From: a virus
Strand: one strand, 5' to 3'
DNA length: 61,964 nucleotides
Virus record (IMG/VR): IMGVR_UViG_3300029944_000009
Under the pieces are notes generated by a model, which was not told the DNA's origin, searched no databases, and saw only the letters and a program-made list of their open reading frames with translations. Position numbers and translations under genes: made by a program. Positions 1 through 9,135 of the stretch are shown here, piece by piece (position 1 is the stretch's first letter; every line of letters begins with the position of its first letter).

Positions 1-738
1 GCGCGAGCCTCACCGCTCCGGTGCTGGCCGAGGTGACCGGCTCCGTTGTCCTCAGGGAGGGCGCGAGCCTCACCGCTCCGGTGCTGGCCGAGGTGACCGG
101 CTCCGTTGACCTCAGGGAGGGCGCGAGCCTCACCGCTCCGGTGCTGGCCGAGGTGACCGGCTCCGTTGTCCTCAGGGAGGGCGCGAGCCTCACCGCTCCG
201 GTGCTGGCCGAGGTGACCGGCTCCGTTGACCTCAGCCAGGGCGCGAGCCTCACCGCTCCGGTGCTGGCCGAGGTGACCGGCTCCGTTGTCCTCAGGGAGG
301 GCGCGAGCCTCACCGCTCCGGTGCTGGCCGAGGTGACCGGCTCCGTTGTCCTCAGGGAGGGCGCGAGCCTCACCGCTCCGGTGCTGGCCGAGGTGACCGG
401 CTCCGTTGACCTCAGGGAGGGCGCCAGCCTCACCGCTCCGGTGCTGGCGAAGACCGGCTCCGTTGTCCTCAGCCGGGGCGCCAGCCTCACCGCTCCGGTG
501 CTGGCGAAGACCGGCTACGTTGTCCTCAGCCAGGGCGCCAGCCTCACCGCTCCGGTGCTGGCGAAGACCGGCTCCGTTGACCTCAGGGAGGGCGCCAGCC
601 TCACCGCTCCGGTGCTGGCCGAGGTGACCGGCTACGTTGACCTCAGCCAGGGCGCGAGCCTCACCGCTCCGGTGCTGGCGAAGACCGGCTCCGTTGACCT
701 CAGCCAGGGCGCGAGCCTCACCGCTCCGGTGCTGGCGA
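1..738 (+). repeat. Coding tandem repeat with 60-bp and 57-bp units, nearly identical at the nucleotide level
   Basis: Seven 60-bp units (1-420) are followed by mixed 57/60-bp units. Differences are confined to a few codons. Confidence 0.95.
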
Positions 739-1055
739 CAGTCAATGGAAAGCCCTTCAAGGTTCCGGTTCTCGAACATATCGATGCCAAGATTCTTGCC
801 GCGATCCAGAGCGGCGGCGGCAAACTTGAAATGGATGCTTGGCACACCTGCGGAACAACGCATTGCCGGGCAGGCTGGGCCATCCATCTCTGCGGCGACG
901 AGGGTTACGCCCTTGAGGCGATAACGAATTCCGAGACCGCCGGCACCCTCATTTATGCCGCTTCCCGGCCGGGTCTGCCTACCCCGAATTTCCGCGCCTC
1001 GAACAAAGATGCATGGGCTGATCTGCATGCCTGCGCAAATGCGAGTGTGCCGTGA
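1..1055 (+). CDS. 3' part of the tandem 19/20-aa repeat (solenoid/LRR-like) protein with a Cys-motif C-terminal domain. The 5' end runs off the window and the reading frame starts at nt 3.
   Basis: Track ORF 21..1055 stays open to the window edge. It holds 12 units of GASLTAPVLA(EVTG|KTG)(S|Y)V(V|D)L(RE|SQ|SR), then a unique tail of about 105 aa containing WHTCGTTHCRAGW. The same repeat gene opens at 61170 on the same strand. Confidence 0.8.
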   Translation, partial: ASLTAPVLAEVTGSVVLREGASLTAPVLAEVTGSVDLREGASLTAPVLAEVTGSVVLREGASLTAPVLAEVTGSVDLSQGASLTAPVLAEVTGSVVLREGASLTAPVLAEVTGSVVLREGASLTAPVLAEVTGSVDLREGASLTAPVLAKTGSVVLSRGASLTAPVLAKTGYVVLSQGASLTAPVLAKTGSVDLREGASLTAPVLAEVTGYVDLSQGASLTAPVLAKTGSVDLSQGASLTAPVLATVNGKPFKVPVLEHIDAKILAAIQSGGGKLEMDAWHTCGTTHCRAGWAIHLCGDEGYALEAITNSETAGTLIYAASRPGLPTPNFRASNKDAWADLHACANASVP

Positions 1056-1273
1056 TCTGGTTCATCACAACCTGCGGCAGTCTGCGCGGTCTCTGCGGGC
1101 TTGTCGCCGCAATCGTCATCTCCGCTGCTGCCGTCTCGACCATTGCGCGGCGCAGCCGCTATCACGGCCAGATCGTCTCGCATGGCAATAGCTTCGGCTG
1201 TTTCCTTACGGGTTTCGCAATCGTGACTTCGCCGGGCTGGGTTCCTGCGTTGGTTAAGGCGGTGGTGTCGTGA
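1052..1273 (+). CDS. Hypothetical small hydrophobic protein
   Basis: GTGA start/stop overlap with the upstream gene. Weak call because antisense ORFs also exist here. Confidence 0.3.
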   Translation: MIWFITTCGSLRGLCGLVAAIVISAAAVSTIARRSRYHGQIVSHGNSFGCFLTGFAIVTSPGWVPALVKAVVS

Positions 1274-1464
1274 GCGGTCAAGCGTATGCCATGTTCGAAC
1301 GTGACGTGCCGGAGCATCTCCGCGAAGACGCCATGACGGCAATGGCCGAAGCGACCCAGGGGTTCGGAAATCCCGATAACGCCCAACTTTGCTTTTCAGC
1401 CAGCGCATACCCACATGACGTGTTCCGTCTTAAAGGAGCACGTCATGCTTTCCCTTTTGATTAG
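1270..1464 (+). CDS. Hypothetical acidic protein
   Basis: GTGA overlap with the upstream ORF. The translation looks like a real protein (FERDVPEHLREDAMTAMAEA). Confidence 0.35.
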   Translation: MSGQAYAMFERDVPEHLREDAMTAMAEATQGFGNPDNAQLCFSASAYPHDVFRLKGARHAFPFD

Positions 1465-1642
1465 CCTGCTAATACTCTGCCTGATCGCCTACGTGGTGTA
1501 TTTCATCCTAGGCATGCTGCCGCTACCGCCGCCTATAAAGCAGGTCGTGATGATCATATTCGCGGTTATTGTGCTGATCTTCCTGCTCGATATGCTGCTC
1601 GGCGGGGGCGTCTCCAGCCTTGACTGGCGATTGCCGCGTTAG
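1445..1642 (+). CDS. Small membrane protein with two predicted TM helices
   Basis: ATG at 1445 is preceded by AAAGGAG with a 6-nt spacer. The sequence is hydrophobic (MLSLLISLLILCLIAYVVYFILG...). Confidence 0.55.
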   Translation: MLSLLISLLILCLIAYVVYFILGMLPLPPPIKQVVMIIFAVIVLIFLLDMLLGGGVSSLDWRLPR

Positions 1643-1683
1643 CGCGTCTTGTGCCGTCTAAGAGCGTCTAGCAGCGCCAATTT

Positions 1684-1965
1684 TCATGAGCGTATCGCTT
1701 CCAACATAGCGTCGATGGCCTCCGGGCCATCGACGACGAACACGGTTAAACCGGTCTTGCGCATCAGCTTGTGCTCGTAAAGTTGTAGCTTTTTAGGCTT
1801 TTCACCCGGCGCCTTTACCTCTACGAAGAATACTTTTCCATCGGGCCACCAGATCACGTCATCTGGGCATCCGCGCCGGCCCAGCCATTTAAGCCGCCGC
1901 CAATCGCCGCCGGTTTCCTCCACGCGCTTATGGAGGTAAGCTTCATTGCGGCCTTCCGGAGTCAC
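1684..1965 (-). CDS. VRR-NUC domain nuclease
   Basis: The PDDVIWWPDGKVFFVEVKAPGEKP motif matches the D...E-V-K nuclease core. The gene is coupled to the polymerase gene. Confidence 0.85.
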   Translation of the reverse strand: MTPEGRNEAYLHKRVEETGGDWRRLKWLGRRGCPDDVIWWPDGKVFFVEVKAPGEKPKKLQLYEHKLMRKTGLTVFVVDGPEAIDAMLEAIRS

Positions 1966-3965
1966 TAACCGTCCTTCCGGTATCTGTGCGTTTCAAAGCC
2001 AGCCGCCGCGAGTGGTAAGCCCATCGCCCATGGCGGATTTTCAGATAATAAGGCAGATAGCCCTGGCTCGCTGTAACTGATATCATCTGGCACCTCGGTT
2101 ATCAGCTCGTCGTGTACGTGCATGACAACAGGATAACCGCTCTCCTCGGCTTTGCGCATGCCGCGCGCCAGAGTGTCGCGGGCAACCGCTTGCGTAACGT
2201 TCTCCGCGATTTTTCCGGCGTACGTTGGTAATTTCGTCCATTGCCTAGTATACTGATTCACCCCGTCATACACGATAATATTATCTTTTTCCTCCTGCGC
2301 GCCATCGGTACGGGGAAACTTAAACTTACCTATATGCACGCCGGGATAGCATAGGTACCGGTTAGATGGCAGGCGGATGCGAAGCCAAGGCCAATCTGGT
2401 GCGAAATCCAGGTACTCAATGTCAATTGATATGTTGCAAGGCAAATCGATACGTTGCTCGGGGTCGAACAACACCGCCCGCACCGCGTTTTCTAGCGCAT
2501 ACCAAAACCGGACGATGTTGGGGTTAGCCGCCCGCCACGCCTTCACAATTTCAATTGCGCGCTCGTCCGAGAGAACGAGACCGTAATTCGCAGCCATTGT
2601 GAGAAAGGCTCCTAGCGCGCCCTGGAAGCCACAAGCGAGCTCTGGAACTTTACCGTTATCTTGGCGCTCCTTCTTAGTCACCTCGCTATGGTGCTTGCCT
2701 AACACCGCGCCCGCTGTAAGCAAGTACAAATCAGGACCAAGGCCGGCATCGTACGCGCGGAAAGCTTCTAGTTTCCATTCCTCGCCCGCCAGCCATGCCA
2801 ACACGCGCCCCTCGATATTACTCAGATCCGAGATAACCAATTTCTTGCCAGGCGCCGCGACCAGGCAGCCGCGAATCGCGTTCTGGCAAATTTCCATGAC
2901 GTTGGGGAAGATCAGCTCCTCGCAATCCTCCTTCATGGCCTCGATACCGAGGTCCACCACATCGCTTGGTAATGTGGGTCTGGGGAGGTTCTGCGGTTGA
3001 AACAGCCGGCCACCCCAACGCCCCGTGCGCATAGCGCCGCAATACTGCAGCGTGCCCCGTAGCCGGCCGTCCAGGCTCGTGCCTGTCAGTAAGACGCGGT
3101 ACTTAGCCGGGCTGGTGGCCGAAGCCTGTAGGCGGTTCTCCAGAAGCTCGCGCACGGTAGCCGGTAACTCACCCTTCAGTAGCGCGTTGACGGTGCCCTT
3201 ACGGAGATCGTCAACGTCGAAACTGTGCTCTGTTACTAAATATGCGATCAGTTTATCCCGCTGCGTCAGTGAGGCTACCTCGCCGCCTGTCATTTCGGCA
3301 GCGCGCGCGGAGAGGCGCCCGCTGGCGGCAACGGCCGCGCGGGTAGCAGACCGGGCCAGATCGAGGTCGATAGCCACGCCCCGGTCATTTATCTTCTGGT
3401 CTAGCTGCCAGACATGCCGCTCAAAAGCGGTGTTATTCCAACGCGGCAGGCGCTTGTGTACTTCACGCATCGCGACGATGTCTTGCCGGGCGTACCCCAC
3501 GAACTCGGCCCATTTTTCAGGGTGGGTCTCTTTCGTGGCCCGGCGTACTTTGCTCTTCGCGGATTGAGGCTTGCAAAATAGCTGAATTAGCTTCTTGCCC
3601 TCTTTATCCTTCTGTTTATCGAACGGGACGCGGAGCACTTCACAGAGCGTATCGAGGGCGCCCGGAAGACTGTGGGCGAGGGCCTGGGCCATCGTATCGT
3701 ATATCTTGGCCACCGGTACGAAGACGCCGCGATGTGTTAACACCGTGCGGTCAAAGGCGCTGTTGTGGATGACTATTTCATCTGCGTCGTCCAGCGTACT
3801 TTGTAGCATCCGCAGATGAAAATGATCGCCATCGAATACTTCTGGTTCCCCGTCATCCCAAGCCGCCGCTATTAACAGCACTTCGGCCTTTTCGGCGTAA
3901 ACGTGCGCGCCATGCGCTATCGGCGTTTCGCAGAATGTTTCCAGATCAAGGAACAAGGTAGCCAT
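1965..3965 (-). CDS. Family A DNA polymerase with 3'-5' exonuclease domain
   Basis: Exo motifs: LDLETF, HNSAFD, YARQD. Pol motifs: DLSNIEGRVLAW (A), RQDNGKVPELACGFQG (B), VHDELITEV (C). Confidence 0.95.
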   Translation of the reverse strand: MATLFLDLETFCETPIAHGAHVYAEKAEVLLIAAAWDDGEPEVFDGDHFHLRMLQSTLDDADEIVIHNSAFDRTVLTHRGVFVPVAKIYDTMAQALAHSLPGALDTLCEVLRVPFDKQKDKEGKKLIQLFCKPQSAKSKVRRATKETHPEKWAEFVGYARQDIVAMREVHKRLPRWNNTAFERHVWQLDQKINDRGVAIDLDLARSATRAAVAASGRLSARAAEMTGGEVASLTQRDKLIAYLVTEHSFDVDDLRKGTVNALLKGELPATVRELLENRLQASATSPAKYRVLLTGTSLDGRLRGTLQYCGAMRTGRWGGRLFQPQNLPRPTLPSDVVDLGIEAMKEDCEELIFPNVMEICQNAIRGCLVAAPGKKLVISDLSNIEGRVLAWLAGEEWKLEAFRAYDAGLGPDLYLLTAGAVLGKHHSEVTKKERQDNGKVPELACGFQGALGAFLTMAANYGLVLSDERAIEIVKAWRAANPNIVRFWYALENAVRAVLFDPEQRIDLPCNISIDIEYLDFAPDWPWLRIRLPSNRYLCYPGVHIGKFKFPRTDGAQEEKDNIIVYDGVNQYTRQWTKLPTYAGKIAENVTQAVARDTLARGMRKAEESGYPVVMHVHDELITEVPDDISYSEPGLSALLSENPPWAMGLPLAAAGFETHRYRKDG

Positions 3966-3985
3966 GTCAGTTTCATCTTTCAGTT

Positions 3986-4015
3986 GGAAAAGAGCGGCGG
4001 CCGCGAGGCCGCCGC
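3986..4015 (-). terminator. Rho-independent terminator-like hairpin between the GapR-like gene and the polymerase gene
   Basis: On the minus strand: GCGGCGGCC-TCGC-GGCCGCCGC followed by TCTTTTCC. Confidence 0.65.
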
Positions 4016-4018
4016 GTG

Positions 4019-4327
4019 TTAAACGAGGTCCATGCCTATCGCGACCATGTAGGCGTCGCGGACATCGCCTTCTTCTTTTCGCTTCTCTTGAGTATCCTTG
4101 CGGAGCCTAACGATCTGGCGAATGATCTTCACGTCATAGCCCGCGCCTTTAGCTTCGGCGTAGACCTGGGCCACATCCTCGCCGATAGCCGCACGCTCGC
4201 TATTGAGCTGCTCGATACGCTCAATAACCGACTTTAACCGGGCGCCCGCAACGCTATTGCTGTTGCGCGCTTCCTCCTGCCCTGTTTCCAGGGCAGGAAT
4301 ATTACGCCCTTTGGGCGGGGATATCAA
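4019..4327 (-). CDS. gapR: GapR-like (DUF2312) DNA-binding protein
   Basis: LKSVIERIEQLNSERAAIGEDVAQVYAEAKGAGYDVKIIRQIVRLRKD closely resembles the Caulobacter GapR core as I recall it. Confidence 0.8.
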   Translation of the reverse strand: MISPPKGRNIPALETGQEEARNSNSVAGARLKSVIERIEQLNSERAAIGEDVAQVYAEAKGAGYDVKIIRQIVRLRKDTQEKRKEEGDVRDAYMVAIGMDLV

Positions 4328-4899
4328 ACGAGATCCTCCGCCTCGGGCAGGGACGCGGCCAGATCAGCAAAGTCGTCGCCGGAACTCGACGACGAGCCGC
4401 CGCCGAAGGAGGCGCCGTCTCCTGAGAACATGACGCCTAGCAGGGTGCAGTTGACACGGCGGCCATACTGGTTGTCCTGCGCCCACACCTCAACCTGGGC
4501 ATGCACGAAGCACCCGCCGTAGATCGCGCGCTCGATGTCGCCCTTGCTTGTGAGCGGTTCGTTATACTTGTTGAACACGCCCGGCTGCACCTTGGCGTTG
4601 CGTGTTTGCAGATAGTAATTATCCGCGAACCCGTCATAGGGCGAGCCTTCCTTGTTCAAGTATTCGCGTTCCATATAGGCCATCTTCTTATCTTCGCGCA
4701 GTTGCTTGAGGATATTCGGGGCCTTATCTTTCCACTGCTCCCGGGCCACTTCCTCGAAAGTAGCTGACAACAGTTTGGCGTTTTCGCTCTTGGGCGTGAT
4801 GATAAACCGGGCGCCATAAGCAGGCTCCCCGTCGCCAAAAGCCTGTTTCTCCGCGATGGCGGGGAAAGCGATGCGCACGTTTTTCAAACGGATTTTCAT
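4324..4899 (-). CDS. DUF2815-type ssDNA-binding protein
   Basis: N-terminus MKIRLKNVRIAFPAI plus an acidic C-terminal tail (DDFADLAASLPEAEDLV). It sits next to the DUF2800 nuclease and polA, the usual module. Confidence 0.75.
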   Translation of the reverse strand: MKIRLKNVRIAFPAIAEKQAFGDGEPAYGARFIITPKSENAKLLSATFEEVAREQWKDKAPNILKQLREDKKMAYMEREYLNKEGSPYDGFADNYYLQTRNAKVQPGVFNKYNEPLTSKGDIERAIYGGCFVHAQVEVWAQDNQYGRRVNCTLLGVMFSGDGASFGGGSSSSSGDDFADLAASLPEAEDLV

Positions 4900-4902
4900 G
4901 TC

Positions 4903-6072
4903 TCAGTCCTCAGTTGCTAAATCGCGGAAATCCGCCGCGCCGGATACGATAGTAATGGCTGGCCGCTTGTCATCGGCGGGAGCCACACTTGGTTTGCCCT
5001 CGGTCTGTGAGGTCAATGCGAGCGCCTGGGCAAGCACACCGGGGGAAGTCTTCTTAAGCAGCTTTTCCGCGCCCGCAGGCGAGATCAGCTTCCTGGTATA
5101 GACCTGGTCCGCAGAGACGTTGGCTCCCAGCAATATGCCAACAACCTGCTCCTCATTGGTCCACGAGCGGTTACCGCGCTTGCCTTCCACCAGCTTGAAG
5201 CCGGGTACGGGATGGTTAGCAAATAGCCTCCGCTCAGTCTCAGCGCGCACGGCGTTGCACCAATCCTCAATCAGCCCAACTTTGGCCATGGCAGAACCTA
5301 GATCAGCTTCCGGCACCGCAGCAAGATCACCGAAACCCGCCATAAGCGTAGCGTCAGCTTCAGCACGCAAGGCCGGGCAAACGGCCTTGGCCTTACAAAA
5401 CCGGCACTGTTTTTCGCCCGGCACCAAGGTGTTGTTGCCTTTAACGATAGCCTGGGCGGCTTCCTTAACCTCAAGGCCGAAAGCGCGCAATTCGTCCACG
5501 GCCATCGTATGTGATGAGTAGTTGTTTATGCGGGGTTGAATGATCGTCATCTTGACCACGTCGAATGGACCGAGAGCCTCGTACTGGTCCAGCGCAGCCA
5601 GACCATAGATGCCCATCTGCTCATTGCCTTGGGCGTCAACCTTGACGCCCATGCCATATTTAAGATCGATAATCTCCAGGATACGATCTTTCACAACCAC
5701 CGCATCCGCCGTGCCGAAACTGTCTGGCACGGCTACCACAGCGCTGAACTCGACCCTTTGCTCGATAAGCAACTGGCCGCCTTCCGCCGCTTCATTGACG
5801 CGATCAACGTAGTTTTGAACGTGGTCAGCCATGCTCTGGTCAACCACCCAAATGGTCTTCATGCCATCGGCCAGGATTTCCTCACCGATATACTCTTCGG
5901 CTGTTACACCGATATCGCGGTACGTCAGAACGCTGGCGGCCAGATGGTGTGCTGCTGTGCCCTCATCCGCGTAGATACTGCCCCCATCCGGCCGCGTGGC
6001 TTCAAGGGCCAGCGAACCCGGACAAGGCATCCACCGGTGCGCAGCGGACGGGGAAAGCCGGGCGTGGCTCAC
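4903..6072 (-). CDS. DUF2800 / PD-(D/E)XK (Cas4-like) nuclease
   Basis: N-terminus [19 protein letters not shown], an IDLKYG core, and a C-terminal Cys cluster [11 protein letters not shown]. Confidence 0.8.
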   Translation of the reverse strand: MSHARLSPSAAHRWMPCPGSLALEATRPDGGSIYADEGTAAHHLAASVLTYRDIGVTAEEYIGEEILADGMKTIWVVDQSMADHVQNYVDRVNEAAEGGQLLIEQRVEFSAVVAVPDSFGTADAVVVKDRILEIIDLKYGMGVKVDAQGNEQMGIYGLAALDQYEALGPFDVVKMTIIQPRINNYSSHTMAVDELRAFGLEVKEAAQAIVKGNNTLVPGEKQCRFCKAKAVCPALRAEADATLMAGFGDLAAVPEADLGSAMAKVGLIEDWCNAVRAETERRLFANHPVPGFKLVEGKRGNRSWTNEEQVVGILLGANVSADQVYTRKLISPAGAEKLLKKTSPGVLAQALALTSQTEGKPSVAPADDKRPAITIVSGAADFRDLATED

Positions 6073-6449
6073 TCGCCGACGGCTTTCTTCAATGCCTCAA
6101 CCAGCTCCGGCCATTTGGCTTCCGGCACTTCGCGCGCGTTCGGGGCTCCAAAGTCCGCCAGAAGATCGGTGGCGGCTTGCTTACCGCTATCGCGGACAAG
6201 CTGCAGAACGCGCTTGGCGATGTCGTTCTGATAATCGATCTTGGGCGCGGCCTTGGTTTCTAGCTCGCCGGCGCCCGTATCGGGGGAGACAGTGGTGGCT
6301 TTCACCTCGGCCGGTGCTTCCACAACTCTGCTCTTGCCGTTGGTTTTAGGTGTGGGCGCTGCGGCTTGGGCCGCGCGTACATATCCCAGTTCGGCCATGT
6401 AAGCATCGAGCTCACCCTGGGTGGTAACGGTAATTTTCAGTTCAATCAT
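6069..6449 (-). CDS. Hypothetical protein
   Basis: Overlap-coupled ORF in the minus-strand operon. Confidence 0.6.
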   Translation of the reverse strand: MIELKITVTTQGELDAYMAELGYVRAAQAAAPTPKTNGKSRVVEAPAEVKATTVSPDTGAGELETKAAPKIDYQNDIAKRVLQLVRDSGKQAATDLLADFGAPNAREVPEAKWPELVEALKKAVGE

Positions 6450-6451
6450 GT

Positions 6452-6745
6452 TCAGTTGCTCCGGTTAGGTGTGTTTTTCAGTTCGTCGATAGCGGCTTCA
6501 AGGTCCTCGATAGCGGCTTCAAGGTCCTCGATGCGCTCGTTGGCCTTGTCAAGATCGCAGTAGAGGTCCTCGCGTTCAATTTTTAGCTGTCTGATGTCAT
6601 CCCGCGCCTCATCCACGATCTCTGAATAGGACGATGCTTCGTGCAGCAATTCGCCCAAGGCGATTGTCAACTCATCGTCGCTATGCTTCGCGAGATCGAG
6701 GATGTTAGGTGTGCACATGGCTTTGTAGTCGGATGCCAGTTTCAT
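6452..6745 (-). CDS. Hypothetical coiled-coil protein with a duplicated heptad (IEDLEAA x2)
   Basis: SD sequence GGAGGAGAAAC lies upstream. A 21-bp tandem duplication is at 6486-6527. Confidence 0.6.
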   Translation of the reverse strand: MKLASDYKAMCTPNILDLAKHSDDELTIALGELLHEASSYSEIVDEARDDIRQLKIEREDLYCDLDKANERIEDLEAAIEDLEAAIDELKNTPNRSN

Positions 6746-6792
6746 GTTTCAGTTTCTCCTCCGGTAGTTATACAAGCGTCGCTTGGTGTTCG

Positions 6793-8853
6793 TCAACGAT
6801 AAGAATTAAAATAAACGATGCCGTTTTCTACCTCGCAATAGGCGTCCTTGCCTTTGCCTAGCCCCTGTATTATCGCGGCAACGCGGCTCTCGCGCGGCAA
6901 CGGTACTTCTCCGGCCAAGGGTTGTGTCATGGTGCTACGGCAGTGCGCGGAGAACTTCTCTAAATCCCAAGACATTGTGCCTTGTATGATTTCCTGCGCC
7001 ATGATCTCCACAATATGCTGCTCAAGTCTCCCGAGCCTGCGGCCGACGGCTCTCGGGCCTTTGGCCGCCGGCGCAGTAGCTACCGGCAATTCAGATTTTT
7101 CGACGACGCATGTGCTAACCATCTCGCCGCTTTCGCCGCCTGTTACCGGCATCCATATTTGCGTTAGCTTAAAGCCGACTTTCACATCGTCTTCGCCATC
7201 CTTCTGCTTCGTGGTCCTAAGCTGGTGCCGCTCGCCTTCGCGCGATATCTCGATCTGGGTGTCTAGCGCGCCGGTGTATGCTGTGCTGCCGCGCGCCCCT
7301 TTTGTTATATCCTTGCCGGTGTGGTGCAGCACAATGCCCATGGCCGAAATGCTATCGACCATTTTTTCTATAGCATCGATCACTTCGCCAGCGTCCTTTG
7401 AGGAATTCTCGTCCGTGCCGGTAGACACGCGCGCCAGCGTATCGAAAATAACCGCATCATATCCGCCATGGTGCTCGGTGACATCGTCTATGGTTTTCTT
7501 TAGCTCGCGGAGATCCTCAGGGGACCTGACGTTAGGGCTGTCGAATATGAAATGCACGCCTAGGTCTGTGCCCAACGGAATTTTATTGGCGAGGTAATAG
7601 CCCACGATGCGCTTCTGCATACCGAGCTGGCTTTCGGCCGCGATATACAGCACCTTCATTTTCTTGGTGGCCCGGCCTTGCCACTCAATACCGCGCCCGA
7701 TGGCGAAAGCCATGTCCAATATAATGAATGTTTTGCCGGAGCCAGGCGGCCCGTAGACCATGGCAAATTTCGCCTTGGGCAATATCTTGTCTATCAGCCA
7801 AACCTCACGCCTGACTTTCAGCGGCGAACCGAATATCTTAATCTTGCCATCGAACCCCGCTGTATTCAGCGAGGGCTCCTCCACGGTAAGAGGGCGCAGG
7901 CCGGAAGCCGCGATGACAAAGCGCGCGGGGTCCGCGTCCTGGGCCATTTTAATGACCGTTGCAAACGATATCGGCCTACCTTCGCGCGGCCGGGAGAAGC
8001 TAGCCCATTTACGGTCTAGATCTTCAGAGCCCTTGTACTTACTGCCCCCAGTAGACCACTCGCGCCATATCTCAAGGCCCTCCTCATCGCCATTGTACTG
8101 ATGGTGCAGGGCCATACCCACGTTGCGCCACTCGGGGTATGAGAGATCCGGATCCAAGGCGTTGACGTATTCGCGCACCTGATCGTCGGTGGCGTCGGCC
8201 GGCGGGGCATAATCGAAAAAGCCGCCTCTATCGTCATGGGTCTGCTTCTCCTGCGCGCCGAAGCGTTTTACACACAGTGCAACCGCGTGCTCGGGCGCGT
8301 CATCCAGATGGTTTTCTAGGCCGAGCAGGCCCGTTTCCTCAAGCGCGTTTCCGGTTACCGTGACAAAACCCTTAGCCGAAAACGCTTCGAAGCCGTACGG
8401 CCAAAGCGCGCTCTTGCTGGTCTTGCCGTCGCCGAGATTGCCCTTCACGAAGGCGCGGATACCGCGCGTCGAGGGGCTGTACTCCGCGTACGTGCTGCTA
8501 ATAATGTCTGCTACTTCCTGCGGCAGACGCCCGTCGTCCGGGTCGACGCAATCGTCGAAGTCCAGCGCGGTAATGCCCCAGTCAGGCAGCATGGCAAGGC
8601 CAACGCCAGACAGACCTTGCCGCACCGCCGCTGCTTTAGCTACGTCAAACGTTACCAGTTGCGCGCGGTCCTGCGGCGTGCCGTTGCCGCCTTTACGGAC
8701 TTTCCCGTTTGCGTAGTACGGGATTTTATCCAGCTTGCCGCTACCATCTTCCTTCGGGATCGCCTTCCACATGAGCCAGCCGGGCAGCTCGCGAAGCGCC
8801 GTCGGAACCTCAATCTGCCGTATCGCAGGTGCTATAGATATCACAGCAGACAT
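6793..8853 (-). CDS. Bifunctional primase-polymerase (Prim-Pol, PriCT-like) fused to a RecA/DnaB-like helicase
   Basis: ITALDFDDC (Prim-Pol D.D motif), YPEWRNVGMALHH (PriCT-like), Walker A GPPGSGKT, and a HHTGKD motif. Confidence 0.9.
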   Translation of the reverse strand: MSAVISIAPAIRQIEVPTALRELPGWLMWKAIPKEDGSGKLDKIPYYANGKVRKGGNGTPQDRAQLVTFDVAKAAAVRQGLSGVGLAMLPDWGITALDFDDCVDPDDGRLPQEVADIISSTYAEYSPSTRGIRAFVKGNLGDGKTSKSALWPYGFEAFSAKGFVTVTGNALEETGLLGLENHLDDAPEHAVALCVKRFGAQEKQTHDDRGGFFDYAPPADATDDQVREYVNALDPDLSYPEWRNVGMALHHQYNGDEEGLEIWREWSTGGSKYKGSEDLDRKWASFSRPREGRPISFATVIKMAQDADPARFVIAASGLRPLTVEEPSLNTAGFDGKIKIFGSPLKVRREVWLIDKILPKAKFAMVYGPPGSGKTFIILDMAFAIGRGIEWQGRATKKMKVLYIAAESQLGMQKRIVGYYLANKIPLGTDLGVHFIFDSPNVRSPEDLRELKKTIDDVTEHHGGYDAVIFDTLARVSTGTDENSSKDAGEVIDAIEKMVDSISAMGIVLHHTGKDITKGARGSTAYTGALDTQIEISREGERHQLRTTKQKDGEDDVKVGFKLTQIWMPVTGGESGEMVSTCVVEKSELPVATAPAAKGPRAVGRRLGRLEQHIVEIMAQEIIQGTMSWDLEKFSAHCRSTMTQPLAGEVPLPRESRVAAIIQGLGKGKDAYCEVENGIVYFNSYR

Positions 8854-8868
8854 AGGCCCTCTTGAGCT

Positions 8869-9090
8869 CTAGCGGCGTTTCAGGATGGCGGCGAGTTCGG
8901 GGCGTACCAGTTCCAGGCGAGAAACGCCATATAGACCTTCAAGCTCTAAGGCTCTTGCTGCAGAAACGTGGCCCTTGCTAAGCCATAGGTAAACGGCTTG
9001 GGTGGATATTCCTAAATACTCGGCCAACGGCTTGGCGCCCCCAGCGATATAGACGACTTGCTCGATGCCGCTGGTTTTTATTTTGGCCAT
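8869..9090 (-). CDS. Cro/YdaS-like HTH DNA-binding protein
   Basis: GGAKPLAEYLGISTQAVYLWLSKGHVS is an HTH. GAGGA SD upstream. Confidence 0.7.
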   Translation of the reverse strand: MAKIKTSGIEQVVYIAGGAKPLAEYLGISTQAVYLWLSKGHVSAARALELEGLYGVSRLELVRPELAAILKRR

Positions 9091-9100
9091 GTGTCGTCCT

Positions 9101-9130
9101 CAAAAATATAGGCCGGGACAAGCCCCGGCC
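9101..9130 (-). terminator. Rho-independent terminator-like hairpin
   Basis: On the minus strand: GGCCGGG-GCTTGT-CCCGGCC followed by TATATTTTTG. Confidence 0.65.
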
Positions 9131-9135
9131 AGTTA

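Noticed and set aside
1-738. Possible CRISPR array, or phage direct terminal repeats, at the two window ends
   Set aside because: The units are contiguous with no unique spacers, are in frame, and continue into a unique C-terminal domain. The end similarity is an internal coding repeat, not a terminal redundancy of unique sequence.
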